Positions 1 to 12,000 of a DNA stretch of 64,000 nt are shown here, piece by piece. Source of the DNA: Candidatus Oleincola secundus (GTDB taxonomy: Bacteria; Atribacterota; Phoenicimicrobiia; Phoenicimicrobiales; Stramentimicrobiaceae); contig JAGYLS010000001.1 in assembly GCA_018400815.1 (NCBI GenBank), positions 5,978-69,977 of the forward strand. Reading direction: 5' to 3'. Below the pieces are notes generated by a model, which was not told where the DNA came from, ran no database searches, and worked only from the letters and a program-made list of their open reading frames with translations. Every line of letters starts with the position of its first letter. Positions within the stretch are counted from its first letter, which is position 1. The translations under genes were made by a program, and so were the position numbers.

Positions 1-3000
1 AATTATCTTTCTGACGAACTGTAATATTTAAAAAAGTTTTATATTTATTATCTACTTCTTTTAAATATTTCTTTTTAGCTTCTTCAGGATTTTCAGAATT
101 AATTTGTTCTTCTAATGCGTTATTTGGATTTTTAAGACCTAACAGTTGTCTAATAGAATCATAAAGTACACTTTCTTGATGGGCAATAGATTCAATTATT
201 TTATCATATTGTTTCTTATTTTTATATGCTTTAATCTTGTCTGCTTTAAAATTATCATACAGCAACTGTATGATTTGTAAATTATCATCCTTATACAATG
301 ATCTAAGAAAATCAATTTGGTTATTTATAGTATCCATGTGTTGAAGATGACCTATAAAAACACCATCTTTGTTATAAATACCTATAGGAATATTATTTAT
401 ATCTTTATCTTCAATAAACTTATTTATTCCTTTAAAAGCAGTATCTATTTTAAATACTAAATCATCACCTGATTGCAAGTTTAATATTGCTTCATATTGA
501 TTTACTGATCTTTGATTTTTAATAATGATATTACCTGTCCATTGTCCATTTGCATCAGTTTCATAATCTAAATCACCTTCATATTGTTCATTAGGGAAAT
601 TAAGAACTTGGGTATTTATACTTAACCCTGAACTTGGAAGATTATCTTCTGATTTAGTTTGTTCAGAATTAGAAAAATCTTGTTGCACAGGTTGTTCTTG
701 AGATAATCTATTTTCAATCTTACTTACTATAGTAGATACTTTAGATGTACCTAATAATACTTTAGAATATTTACCTTGTTCTTTTAATATTTTAAATACA
801 TATCTGAATGTTTCATTAATTATAGGAGATTCAAATTCTTCTCTAGTTAATTGCCCATTTTGAACTAGATTCAAATAAGCATATTCAATAAAATCTACAA
901 GTGATAAAGTATCATTTTCAGTAATATTATTTGCTTTAGCATATTTCTCTATTTGTTTAAGAGCAGCTTCTGCATATTGAGCTGGTGTATATTCTGTAGT
1001 ATCAGTTACTTTAACTTCTCTAGTGTTGTCTTTTTTAGTGTTTTCTTCAGTTGATTTTACTTCAGTAGGTGTATTCTTACCTAATATATCATAAAATAAA
1101 TCTCTTAATTCTTCATTTAATTCGGCTTTTTCAGTCTTATTTATTTTACCTTTTAAAGTATCAACAAATTTAATTAGTTGTTCAAGTTGTTTATTGTTAT
1201 AAGTAGTTAATAAATGACCATGTTTGACATTTAAATGTTCTAATTTACCTTCTATGGTTTCTATATTTTTAATATCATTTAGAAATTCAGAATGTGTCTT
1301 ATCAAAATCGTTCTTTTTACTGCGTGATGTATATTCTTTACGTTGATCAACAGGTATTTGTTCTTTATACTTGTTAATAAGTTTTCTAAGATAAAGTAAT
1401 CTATTTATTTTATGTTGAATATCTTTAGTAGCTTTTATATCTTCAACTAACTTGTTGATATTTTCTTTAATTAATATTTCATTTCTAGCTTTAAGTTGCG
1501 ATTCTATCTTTTTAAATTCAGCATATTTTTGTTTAGTTTCTTTTCTTTTAGATTCAATAGTTGATTCAACTTCTTTTTTAATTTCATTTTTGAAGTTAGT
1601 ATCTTCTATTTTATTCTTTTCTATAGTTTCATTTAAAATTGATTTAACTTCATCAACTGCTGCATCAACATTTTCAAGCTCACCAAATTTAGATTCTATT
1701 TCTTTTAATTTATTAACAGCTGTTTCTTTCCAACCATCAATTATTTCTTTTTTAAGATCAGATTGTGCTTTTTTAAATTCTTTTTCTTTCTCTTCAGCTG
1801 TTTCAACTGTTAACAGATGATTTTTTTTTATTTTTAATTTACCTATTTGTAAATCATTATATATTTTTTCTTGTGTGTCATTGAATAAAGCATCAGAATT
1901 GGCTTCACCTATTTTAGGAATTAAATTAAGATCATAAAATACTTTATGAGAAAGATTAGATTTGAAATCTTTAGGTATGCCTGATCTTTGTTTATACTCT
2001 TCAATTTTATCTCTATAATAATCTATAGTTTTTCCAAATAATCTGCTTTGTCCATCTTGATTTTCAATCTTAGACAATTCTTTTTCCATCTGTTCATATA
2101 CTAAAGCCTCAAGATAAGTATTAACAAATGCACCTAAACTAGATTCTTCACCAGTAATAGGATTTTTTATAGTTTTAGCAATTGCTGTTTCATAAGATTC
2201 TGAAGTAATAATATTATTAATGGCATCTTCTAATTCTTTACTTCTTTTACTTATAGCTTTAATAGTACTTTCACTATGTATAGCTTGTGAGGCTAATATG
2301 GCAGCTATACCTGGATTAACACCATATCCTCCTAATTTAGTATAATGTTTATTATATTCTTTTGCTACTTCTTTACCACGAGAAACTATATCTTTTACTA
2401 TTTCATTAACATTTTCTGTAGTTGCTATTTTATTAGAAACAAGAAACTCTTTAGTTTGTTCATCTTCTAGATATTTATTCAATCTGTCAGTAGCATCATT
2501 ACGTTCAGCTTGAATATATAAATCATTAGTTAAATCATCAGCAATTCTATCTCTAGCATTTTGTATAGCTTGTTCTCTTTCAGCAGGAGTGTTATAATTT
2601 ACTTCAAATTTACTATTAGCTCTTTGTTCAGCATCTTCAGAAGTGGCATTAGGATTAAAAGGATCAAATCCATCATCTACTAGTTTAGATTTGTTTATAG
2701 CATCTAAAAGTTTAACTTTCCTAGAATTAATTTCAGTAAGTTGTGATGATTCAGTTCTATTCTTACCTCTGGCAGATTGTATTTTATTAGCAGCATGCAT
2801 ACCACCTGAAAATACTAAACCTCCCATAAATCCCCAAAAGCCTTGTTCCCAAGCTAAGGGATCAGATAAATATTCATCAACTCTATCTCCAAATTCAGTA
2901 TATGCATATTTATTCTTTTGACCAAGAAGATGCCTACCATACAACATACCTTCTTCTTGTGCTACAAAATTAATTATTTCTTCTGGCCCCTCTGTTGAAG

Positions 3001-4165
3001 CAGAACCAACATAAACTCCTATATTACGAAGTCTATTATTACGAATAGCTTTACTTGCAGCTTTAGTTCCTAATTTACCAACTTCTTTAAATTCAGCTTT
3101 TAATACACTACTTGGTCTATAGGTAAAGTTTTTAAGAAAACCAGTACTACCACCTTTCATTAGTCCAACTATAGGAAGAAACTGAACAGCATCAAAGACA
3201 ACATTAGCAGCATCTAATTTATAAGTTTTCCATGCGGAAGTAGATGCTATATATTTAGCAATATTTTCAGGAGTAAAATCATTAAAGATGTTTTGTGCTT
3301 TTTTGTTTAATTCCTTATTTGCATTAGGAGTATCATATATTCCAGCTTTACCTTGTAAATATTGTTCTAACTTATCATCATTTACATCTAATCCTAATAC
3401 ATCTACTTTAAAATTCTTACCTTCTTCTGAGTTAATCCAATCTAATATTTCTTCTTGTGGCATTGAAGAAAACTTATTATATGCTTCTTCATATATTCTC
3501 TTACTGGTTTCTGCTGATTCTCTAAAGTTTTCACCATGCCTCATTACAATAGGCATAGTAGTCATATTAATTAAAGTCTGAGCATTAGAAGATAATTTAG
3601 ATGTTTTTCCAGCACTAGTTAATAATTTAGCTAATTTAGAAAATGAAGATACAGCTTTAGTTGCACCAAGAGCAGGTAACATTAATCCTATAGAACTAGC
3701 TACACTAACACTATTTTGCATCCACCAACCCCAATCACCAACATCCCAAGTAGCATTAGGATCACGTCTATATATAGGAAAGTTTTCTTCTGTAGATTCC
3801 ATAATACTATCAGCAAATTCAGTAATAGCATTATTAAAATCTATAGGTTCGCCATTGGTTAATGAAGAAATCATATCAGGTATGTCTAATACTGCACCAA
3901 CACCATGTATAGTACCACCTATAATTTCTTTACCAGCAGCTTGCATTAAGAAATTACCAGTTTGATCCCAAGCTGATTGCCTAGACCATCTATTGTAATT
4001 TAAAACATTAGGATTTTTTTCATAAGCATAATCACTATAGACTTCAACATCTGGTATTAAGGAATTAGAATTATTGTTATTAGTTAAAAAAGAAGGATCA
4101 TTAATTAAATTTCTTTTTTGTTTTTTCTGATACTCTTTAGCTATTAAATCTAATGGATTGGACAT
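1..4165 (-). CDS. Giant virion or tail-associated protein, more than 1388 aa, with the C-terminus beyond the window start. It is coiled-coil rich, so possibly a tape-measure or ejected internal protein.
   Basis: There is an ATG (reverse complement of 4163-4165) 3 nt after the stop of the upstream gene. A manual minus-strand read continues without a stop to position 1. It is absent from the ORF track only because it has no stop inside the window. There are long Lys/Glu-rich heptad stretches. Confidence 0.6.
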   Translation of the reverse strand, partial: MSNPLDLIAKEYQKKQKRNLINDPSFLTNNNNSNSLIPDVEVYSDYAYEKNPNVLNYNRWSRQSAWDQTGNFLMQAAGKEIIGGTIHGVGAVLDIPDMISSLTNGEPIDFNNAITEFADSIMESTEENFPIYRRDPNATWDVGDWGWWMQNSVSVASSIGLMLPALGATKAVSSFSKLAKLLTSAGKTSKLSSNAQTLINMTTMPIVMRHGENFRESAETSKRIYEEAYNKFSSMPQEEILDWINSEEGKNFKVDVLGLDVNDDKLEQYLQGKAGIYDTPNANKELNKKAQNIFNDFTPENIAKYIASTSAWKTYKLDAANVVFDAVQFLPIVGLMKGGSTGFLKNFTYRPSSVLKAEFKEVGKLGTKAASKAIRNNRLRNIGVYVGSASTEGPEEIINFVAQEEGMLYGRHLLGQKNKYAYTEFGDRVDEYLSDPLAWEQGFWGFMGGLVFSGGMHAANKIQSARGKNRTESSQLTEINSRKVKLLDAINKSKLVDDGFDPFNPNATSEDAEQRANSKFEVNYNTPAEREQAIQNARDRIADDLTNDLYIQAERNDATDRLNKYLEDEQTKEFLVSNKIATTENVNEIVKDIVSRGKEVAKEYNKHYTKLGGYGVNPGIAAILASQAIHSESTIKAISKRSKELEDAINNIITSESYETAIAKTIKNPITGEESSLGAFVNTYLEALVYEQMEKELSKIENQDGQSRLFGKTIDYYRDKIEEYKQRSGIPKDFKSNLSHKVFYDLNLIPKIGEANSDALFNDTQEKIYNDLQIGKLKIKKNHLLTVETAEEKEKEFKKAQSDLKKEIIDGWKETAVNKLKEIESKFGELENVDAAVDEVKSILNETIEKNKIEDTNFKNEIKKEVESTIESKRKETKQKYAEFKKIESQLKARNEILIKENINKLVEDIKATKDIQHKINRLLYLRKLINKYKEQIPVDQRKEYTSRSKKNDFDKTHSEFLNDIKNIETIEGKLEHLNVKHGHLLTTYNNKQLEQLIKFVDTLKGKINKTEKAELNEELRDLFYDILGKNTPTEVKSTEENTKKDNTREVKVTDTTEYTPAQYAEAALKQIEKYAKANNITENDTLSLVDFIEYAYLNLVQNGQLTREEFESPIINETFRYVFKILKEQGKYSKVLLGTSKVSTIVSKIENRLSQEQPVQQDFSNSEQTKSEDNLPSSGLSINTQVLNFPNEQYEGDLDYETDANGQWTGNIIIKNQRSVNQYEAILNLQSGDDLVFKIDTAFKGINKFIEDKDINNIPIGIYNKDGVFIGHLQHMDTINNQIDFLRSLYKDDNLQIIQLLYDNFKADKIKAYKNKKQYDKIIESIAHQESVLYDSIRQLLGLKNPNNALEEQINSENPEEAKKKYLKEVDNKYKTFLNITVRQKDN

Positions 4166-4168
4166 ACC

Positions 4169-6691
4169 TTAATTATTTAAAAATTTCCCGTAAATGAATT
4201 GTTGAACATCTTTTAACATATCATATTTTAAAACTTCTATCCCTTGTTTATCTTTGGAATAAGGATTTATATTGGTAACAATATATTCTTTATCATTAGA
4301 GTTATTTGGATTAGGTACTACTGATATTCTATAATTTAAAGGTTGTCCTGATCTACTAGTCATAGACAATATTTTACTATTTCCTCCTCTGTGCAAATAT
4401 GATAATTCATCTGTTATTTCTTTATATGTTTGATTACTATAAAGCCTATCAAAATTTCTAGTATATTCTGAAGCACTAATTGCTTCATTACTATTAGCTT
4501 CTATAAAGTATCTTTTGTTTGATATAAGGTCTCCATCTTTATTTCCTAATTTAAAAGAAAATGCTCTTTCTCCATTTAGCCATGTATAACCATCAAATAT
4601 TATTGTATTTTTTCCTTCTTCGATTTGAGAAAATATGTTTCTTATTTCATCTGTAATTGGTTTATTATTTACATCTACGGGTTGTGTTAATAAGGGAATC
4701 GAAGCATCAGCTTTATTTTCTTTTATATTTCTATAAATATTTTGCATCCTAGTAGTTATATTATCAGTGGCAGCTGTTATTATTTTAGGATCATCATATT
4801 TATAAATATCAATATTATTACTTTCTAATGTAGAAAGTTCTGTTTCTTCTGCTTTAATATTTATATTTTTTATAACTTGTAAGTATGATTTTATTTCATT
4901 TAACACAGAAGCTTTATTTTTATCTTGAGGTACTTTATTAGAAGCAGACATTAAAGTTCCAATATTTTCATAACTAGGCGTAGTAGTGCCAGGATGTCTA
5001 TCAAAAACAGATACTGCTCCTATATGTTTTATCACATCACTATTAAATATTCCTAAACTGTATAATGTGTCTAATCCTTTTTGTATAGATTCAGTATTTT
5101 GACTACTTAAATCATCTATTGCTTCTATAGCTAAATCTAAAGAATGTCCAGATTCTTGTACACTCTCTAAATCATCATTATATGATTCAAAATAAGAATC
5201 TATATTACTAAATACAACTTCTCTAGGAAGTGATCGGTTAGGATCTAAAGAATAAAATTTATCACTAGAACCAATGGGAGCATTTAAATCATTAAATATA
5301 TCAGGATTAAGATTTAATTCTTCAATTGCTTGTTTTTTAGTTTGATGATATGCTTTCATAGTATAATACAAAGGAACTATATGTCCCATTGCTTCTATTT
5401 GAATATCTTCTTTGGAACTCATTAAGTCACTGCTTAACTTTTTAAATGATTCATCTAAATCGTCATATATAGAAATATTTAAAAAATCATTAATAGCATT
5501 GATGGCTTCTTCATTTTCAGGATCATATATTGGATTACCATCTTCGTCTCTTTGGATAGTTCCATCTTTTCTTTTTGCTAAAGACAATCCTAATAAAGCA
5601 GAAGTTCTATCTTTTTCATTGACTAAAGAACCATAATTATTAGGTACTATGGGCAATCCTTCTTTTGTTTCTAATCTTTCTTTAACATCTAAAGGAGAAC
5701 TGATTAGATCATTTCTTAAATTAGGAGGATCTGGTACTTCAGTACCCATATTATAAAATTCAAGTAATTTATCTAATTTTGTTTGAGTTTCAATATGTTT
5801 TGTATGTTTATATTCTAATCCAGATTGAATTCCTCTTAAATTAGCTTTAAGTATATCTCTTCCTGTTACATTTATATTTTCTCCATTTAAAAAAGCTAAT
5901 TCTGTTTCATATAACCCCATTGTATTTAAATAATCACCAAATTCATCTGGTCTATCTTCAGAACTAAATCCAAATATCATATTCATTAATCTATTTTCTA
6001 AATCAGAATATGTTATTTCAACTGTACCATCTGAAACTTCTAAATCAGAAAAAAACTTATTAGTTAGTATAGAAGGATCAAGAGTTAAACTTTCTAAAGG
6101 AACATCATTATGTTCATTAAAATATAACTTATTATATATATTTTCAATCTGATTAGGTTTAACAAAATCTTTTATATAGGATAAAACAGTAGATTTAATA
6201 TCTTTTTGTTTTGGTAACCTAGATAAAGTAGAAGCTAGTTCATTACTATTAATAATCTCTTCTTTTGCTAATTCACTCCGTAAAACTTGAAATCCATACT
6301 GTTTAGTTAAATCATTATAATCACCAGATAATAAAGCATTATCAAAACCTTTGAATGCTTCACTATTATGAGTCCATTTCTTTATCTGTTCTCCTTCTTC
6401 ACCCATAACTAAATTTCTTGTCAAATTATGTATGAAGTTATCAGCATCAGCTATACTATTTTGATCTAAAAAGGCATCTATCTGTCCATTTATATCATTC
6501 TTTATATTATCAGCACTAGCTTGATATGCTTCATCCAAATCTAATTCAGCAAAATACTCACCTATTTTATCTATACCTGCTCTATTTTTATAAACTCTTT
6601 CTTGTACTACATTAAGGCTATTAGCTAAAGCATTATTAGATGAACCTGGATATTCAGGTCTTAATTGTGAAAACGATTGTTGATAAGGCAT
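4169..6691 (-). CDS. Hypothetical large virion protein, 840 aa.
   Basis: Complete ORF tightly packed between two other giant genes on the same strand. No recognisable motif. Confidence 0.6.
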   Translation of the reverse strand: MPYQQSFSQLRPEYPGSSNNALANSLNVVQERVYKNRAGIDKIGEYFAELDLDEAYQASADNIKNDINGQIDAFLDQNSIADADNFIHNLTRNLVMGEEGEQIKKWTHNSEAFKGFDNALLSGDYNDLTKQYGFQVLRSELAKEEIINSNELASTLSRLPKQKDIKSTVLSYIKDFVKPNQIENIYNKLYFNEHNDVPLESLTLDPSILTNKFFSDLEVSDGTVEITYSDLENRLMNMIFGFSSEDRPDEFGDYLNTMGLYETELAFLNGENINVTGRDILKANLRGIQSGLEYKHTKHIETQTKLDKLLEFYNMGTEVPDPPNLRNDLISSPLDVKERLETKEGLPIVPNNYGSLVNEKDRTSALLGLSLAKRKDGTIQRDEDGNPIYDPENEEAINAINDFLNISIYDDLDESFKKLSSDLMSSKEDIQIEAMGHIVPLYYTMKAYHQTKKQAIEELNLNPDIFNDLNAPIGSSDKFYSLDPNRSLPREVVFSNIDSYFESYNDDLESVQESGHSLDLAIEAIDDLSSQNTESIQKGLDTLYSLGIFNSDVIKHIGAVSVFDRHPGTTTPSYENIGTLMSASNKVPQDKNKASVLNEIKSYLQVIKNINIKAEETELSTLESNNIDIYKYDDPKIITAATDNITTRMQNIYRNIKENKADASIPLLTQPVDVNNKPITDEIRNIFSQIEEGKNTIIFDGYTWLNGERAFSFKLGNKDGDLISNKRYFIEANSNEAISASEYTRNFDRLYSNQTYKEITDELSYLHRGGNSKILSMTSRSGQPLNYRISVVPNPNNSNDKEYIVTNINPYSKDKQGIEVLKYDMLKDVQQFIYGKFLNN

Positions 6692-6707
6692 TTGAATATA
6701 GTATTAA

Positions 6708-9068
6708 TTATTTATATAATCTAGGTAAAGCATTAGTTTGCCAATTTGAATTATAAAGTCTAGTTTTATTAGATTTAAATATCCTATTTTTATCTTTTTT
6801 GTTTCCATAAACATAATCTACAACTTCTTTAGGATAAGAATTAGCTGTGATATTAGCTATTTCCAAATCTAAATCTCTTCTTCTTTGATTATTAATAGAA
6901 CTCATTACATCATCACCAAAGTTAGCCATATTTGCACTAATATTAGCCATCATAGAATCACGTTTAGCAGCTAATTGATTATATTTAAATCTATTAACTT
7001 CATTGATTCTATTAGTATTTTCAGAATTAATTGCTACTGCCCTATTATTATATTCATTATCCATTTGAATATTCCTATCTATAATATCCGTCATAGTTTG
7101 TTGTTTAGCATTTAATCCAGCAGATACTAATTTTTGTTTAGCTGCTCTTAATACTTGTGAGTTTGAAGTATTTAATTCTTCATTACTAATAGCTGATTGT
7201 ATTTCTCTTGATATATTTCCTAATCTACCATAAGGATTTAATCTTCTTCTTGATGGCATAGATACTAATTGAGCAGCAGGAACATCAGGTTTATTAGCAA
7301 AACCATCATATAAAGATAAAGCTAAATTACCAATATTATCAACAGCAGATAAAGCTATGTCATTTTTAATATTAGATGTAGCATTACTATTCTTAGATGT
7401 AGCATTACTATTCTTAGTTTTTGTATTTATATCATTAGATATAGTATTATTAAATGTAGAATCCACATCTTGATTTTTATTTTTTCTTAAATCTTTATTG
7501 AATTGTCTTTTAAATTGTCTAAGTTGTTTATTAGCGTCTCTAGTAGCTAATCTGTCAAGACTTTTATCTGCCTTTTCAACTGTCTCATTTAAATCATAAT
7601 TAAAACCCCATTCATTATAAAAAAACGGATCGTTCATTAATCTCTTAGTATCTTCCTTCAAAGATTTATTTATAGTTCTTTTTTCTCTATTCTGTTTAAG
7701 TCTTTCACCTTTCAACAAATTAGGATGTTTAGACAAGTAATCATTCTTTGCATATTCCATAGTATGATCCATTTGTTTTTTTGGAATATCTTCAGAACCT
7801 ATTGGATTAGAAGGTTGTAAATATTCATATCTTTTTTGACCACCTTTAACTTTTCTATCATCTTGTCCAATTATACCGTCAGCACTAACATTTGAGTTAT
7901 TTGTTACATTCTGTTTCCCTTCAGATAAAGGTATATATAGCTTATCATTAAATCTATTTTTAGATTCATAATATTCTCCATTTATATACATACCATTATA
8001 CAAATCATCTGGTAATATAGGATAACTAGGTCTAGCACTTACATGATCAGGCCATTTAGATTTATTAAAAGTAATAGTTTTCCAATCACCAGAAGGATTA
8101 TTTATAGGGCCACCAGCTTGCATTTCATTAGTTTTCATCCCTGCATATCCCTGTTTATCATTAACAGAATTATACATTTCTTGTTCAGCAGGTATTAATT
8201 TAGCTTTAGACATAAAACCATCAGATAACCTCCTTAACCTATTACCTTCAATCTTATCTGCTGTTAGTGTAGCTTGTTCTTTGTATTTATCAGATTGAAG
8301 TTTAAGTTTCATATATCTATCAGAAAATGAATCACCAAGTCTAGGATTACGTTTGGATAAAGCATAATTACCATCAATTACAACCTCTCCTGGTTCTAGC
8401 CTAGATTCCTGCCCTGAGGCTCCCTTCAAAATTAATTCATCATTGGTCTCGTGGAATCCTTCAGTTGTTCCTTTATCATTAACAGATACAGAATCACCTC
8501 CACCTATATTCATAAGTCCACCATTAGCTAATCGACCTCCATTACTATAATCATCTAATTTAGATTCTCTAAAGTCTTTATATTTTTGATCAGCAGCATC
8601 TTTTTTACTTTTATATTTTCTAAGTTCTCTAGCTACAAGATCTTTATATGAAACACCATGTGCTTCAGCATTTTGTAATGCAAGTCCATAATAAGGTTTA
8701 CTAAGCCATCTATAAAGTCTATTCTTATCTTTGTGTCTATCTCCAGAATACCAATCTACATTTGTCTTAGCAAATCTGTTAAGTTTTTTTAATTGCCTAT
8801 TTTGATATTGAACATCCAAAGGTATCATTTTACCATCTATATCCCCACCAGCTTGAAAGTTAAAACTTTCAAATTCATTTCCACCATATTCATATCCAGA
8901 AAATCTATTTTGATCTTCAATTAATCTATTTGATCTGATTTGTTGAGATTGTTGAAGCATTTGCTTTCTTCTTAACTCTGCTTCTTTCTTCTTATTAATT
9001 TCATTCATCAGGATATTTGTTCCAACTCCTACCCCTTGTGCGACTAAAGAACCTAATAAAATTGACAT
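6708..9068 (-). CDS. Hypothetical large virion protein, 786 aa. It has an N-terminal hydrophobic segment and contains an in-frame 21-bp tandem duplication.
   Basis: Complete ORF. The repeat KNSNATS x2 is encoded at 7374-7415. Confidence 0.6.
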   Translation of the reverse strand: MSILLGSLVAQGVGVGTNILMNEINKKKEAELRRKQMLQQSQQIRSNRLIEDQNRFSGYEYGGNEFESFNFQAGGDIDGKMIPLDVQYQNRQLKKLNRFAKTNVDWYSGDRHKDKNRLYRWLSKPYYGLALQNAEAHGVSYKDLVARELRKYKSKKDAADQKYKDFRESKLDDYSNGGRLANGGLMNIGGGDSVSVNDKGTTEGFHETNDELILKGASGQESRLEPGEVVIDGNYALSKRNPRLGDSFSDRYMKLKLQSDKYKEQATLTADKIEGNRLRRLSDGFMSKAKLIPAEQEMYNSVNDKQGYAGMKTNEMQAGGPINNPSGDWKTITFNKSKWPDHVSARPSYPILPDDLYNGMYINGEYYESKNRFNDKLYIPLSEGKQNVTNNSNVSADGIIGQDDRKVKGGQKRYEYLQPSNPIGSEDIPKKQMDHTMEYAKNDYLSKHPNLLKGERLKQNREKRTINKSLKEDTKRLMNDPFFYNEWGFNYDLNETVEKADKSLDRLATRDANKQLRQFKRQFNKDLRKNKNQDVDSTFNNTISNDINTKTKNSNATSKNSNATSNIKNDIALSAVDNIGNLALSLYDGFANKPDVPAAQLVSMPSRRRLNPYGRLGNISREIQSAISNEELNTSNSQVLRAAKQKLVSAGLNAKQQTMTDIIDRNIQMDNEYNNRAVAINSENTNRINEVNRFKYNQLAAKRDSMMANISANMANFGDDVMSSINNQRRRDLDLEIANITANSYPKEVVDYVYGNKKDKNRIFKSNKTRLYNSNWQTNALPRLYK

Positions 9069-9070
9069 AA

Positions 9071-12000
9071 CTATATAGATTTTGTGTAATTTACAATAAT
9101 ATCATTAAGTATCACTTTGTAATTTGGTGTGCTTGCATCGTTTAAGATGAAGCGTAAGATGGCAAATTTACAAATAATATTTGACTTTTCAAACTTATTT
9201 TTGACAGAATAAATTATGCTATTCAGATCAACAAAAGTAACAGGAGCATCATTAACAGGTATAAAAATATCACCTGTTGAATATGTGTTTCCATCATGGT
9301 CAACAGAACCAAATAAAACATAATATTTTCTATTCAAAGGTAACTCATTTCCATCAGGAATAGGATATTCAGCCACTATATTAGGATTAATACTGTTATC
9401 CGACAATAGTAAAATGTCATTTCTATTATACTTTTGATCTTTTATTCTATTAAGATGATAGTTACCATTTATGTATTTTATGTACTTATCGAATTCTCCA
9501 TTAACTGCACAAGTATAATCATTATATATTATTAAATTTTTAATATGCTTATCCCAATATTTCTGATTACCTAAAGCAATTTCATTATTCCATACAATAC
9601 TCTCTAGAACTTTAGATAGAGTAACATTATCTGCAAATACTATATCTATGTAAGAAGTATAAGTTGTATCAAAGTATTTCCCATAATTAGTATCATTGTT
9701 AAATTTGACAATTTGTGTATCATCTGATATATTTTTGTATCCATAAGTTTGTTCTTTAATATTAAAGTAATTATTTAAGTTAAAATCATAAGTACTGACT
9801 AGTTGTTTTTCTGTTAGATAATAAGACCAACTTGATATTTCATTACCCCATATAGTAAAAAATATATGATCTGTTTCTTCATCATATCTACCAACAACAG
9901 CATTAATATCTAAGGATTTAAGATAATTATTCATTCCTAATTTGCTAATAGGAAAAGGTGCAGATTTAGTATCAAAAAGATATATTATTTCATTAATATC
10001 ATCATAAAACACAAATCCATACTTAGTTATAAATATATTATCTCTATTTTGAATATGTACTGATCTTTCAAATGTATCTTGAATCCTAATAGGAGAAGTA
10101 TCAAATAAATTATTAGTTCTTAAAGCTAGAGTTTGACCTCCACCAGTGTCTAATGTTTCTTTTACTTCAGCTATGTATATGTCTTTATTAAATCCAAATA
10201 GTATAGTTCTATCTCCGCCAAATAAATAAGTAGCTGTTCCTGCATCAGATGGAAAATCAAAATATTCTAATAAATTAAATTTTCTCCAACCTAATTCTTT
10301 AGCTTCAGTTCCTAATACAGCACTACGAGTAAATCTAGTATTTATTTCAGTTACATTCTTTAACTCAAGATTAGATGGAGTAAAATGATCAATTCCATTT
10401 CTTAATGAAAATACAGGATTATATTCTAATTGAGGATTGTCTCTATTGCCAGCATTATTTTTAGCATAACATGAGTTAACCTTAGAATAATTAGGAAAAC
10501 AAAATGAGAAAGATGTAACTATATACTCACCATATTCTACAAAATCTACTCCTGTATAGTATGTTATTTTTGTTTTAGCATACTCATTGTTAAAATAAGA
10601 ATCTCCTAAAAATCTTTTATCTGTTAAAGGTGTTCCTGATTCAATTTCTGAAAGTAATACCCCATTACGACTATTTGTAAAAGATAAACAATTAGCTCTT
10701 ATTAAATTTTTATTATTAAAATTAATATAATAAGAAGGTTTTAAAGAAAGTAATGTACCTAAATGAATGGAATTATACTTAGTTTTTGCTGAATCAGCAT
10801 ATAATCTTAATAACTTAGTACTAAATGTAAATTTAGAATTATGATGAATTATATAAGTACCCATAGAGCTATCTACTTTAGTGCTTTCTAATAAAGTATC
10901 ATCAACACTGTTTAATAGCAAAGCTACAGATTTTTCCCTATTGTCTATTACTAATGCATCATCTACATTTCTTTCATTTATATTTTTAGGAGTTTTGGAA
11001 GAATCTCCTTCAGGTAAATATATATAATTATCTAAAACTCTTATCCTAGTATTATTGTCTGGATCAACATCTCCGATAGTCAAAAGATCTGATTTATTTA
11101 TAAAGTCCATAGGAATTTCTAGAAAATAATTATTTGGGGCTGGATATGGTTCATTAACATTTTCTAATATAAATTCAGCTTTAACGAAAGTTGGAGAAAT
11201 ATGAGGATTTATAAGATTCAAAGAATTATCAAAAAATCTTATACTTTTATCATTATCTTTTAAATCTGTGTTATCATTATAATCTTTAGCATTATAGATA
11301 ACTCTATCTGAAAACATAGGAGACATACCTAATACTCTACTTTCAGAAGATGTTCTATCAGCATATAATAAATAAACAGTATCATATTTGTCTTTAACAC
11401 TTTGAGGCAGAGTTATAGTAGTGTAATCAAAATTTAAACTTATTCTATAGTTCAAATTAGTATCTAATCCCATTTTACAAATATGATCATATCCTGGTAT
11501 TTTATGATGTCTTATATTAGTATTTGCTAAACTATTTACAGGAGGAGTATCTGGATAATTAGAATTAAAATTTATATTATTTGGATATTGTTCATCCTCA
11601 TTTTCGTGATAAGCTGTTTTACCAGAAGGAGCATAATCTCTTATCTGAAACCACTTAGGAGAATCTATTACTTCTAATTCATGTATATCAAATTGAAGTT
11701 CATCATTAGCTTCTACACTAGTAGTATGCCAACTATTAACTAAAGTTTCAGTTATTATATCTTTTTCATTTATTTCAACTTCATCAAATGTTAAATCTTC
11801 AGCTACTCTACCCGGAATATGATAACCTTTACTGATTTTATCTCCTTTACCAAATGCTATATATAAAGCATATACTTCACCTGGACAAAAAGACATATTT
11901 TTAAAAGAATGTTTAGAATTTTTAGATATGTATATCCCATTATCGTTTTCAGAAGATGGTATTTGATCAACATGCAAAATAATTTTAATATCATTAGCTA

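Noticed and set aside
1452-3581. Plus-strand ORFs 1452..1820, 2643..2921 and 3288..3581.
   Set aside because: Low-complexity Ser/Leu/Phe-rich translations antisense to the long minus-strand giant gene. They are typical AT-rich antisense artefacts.
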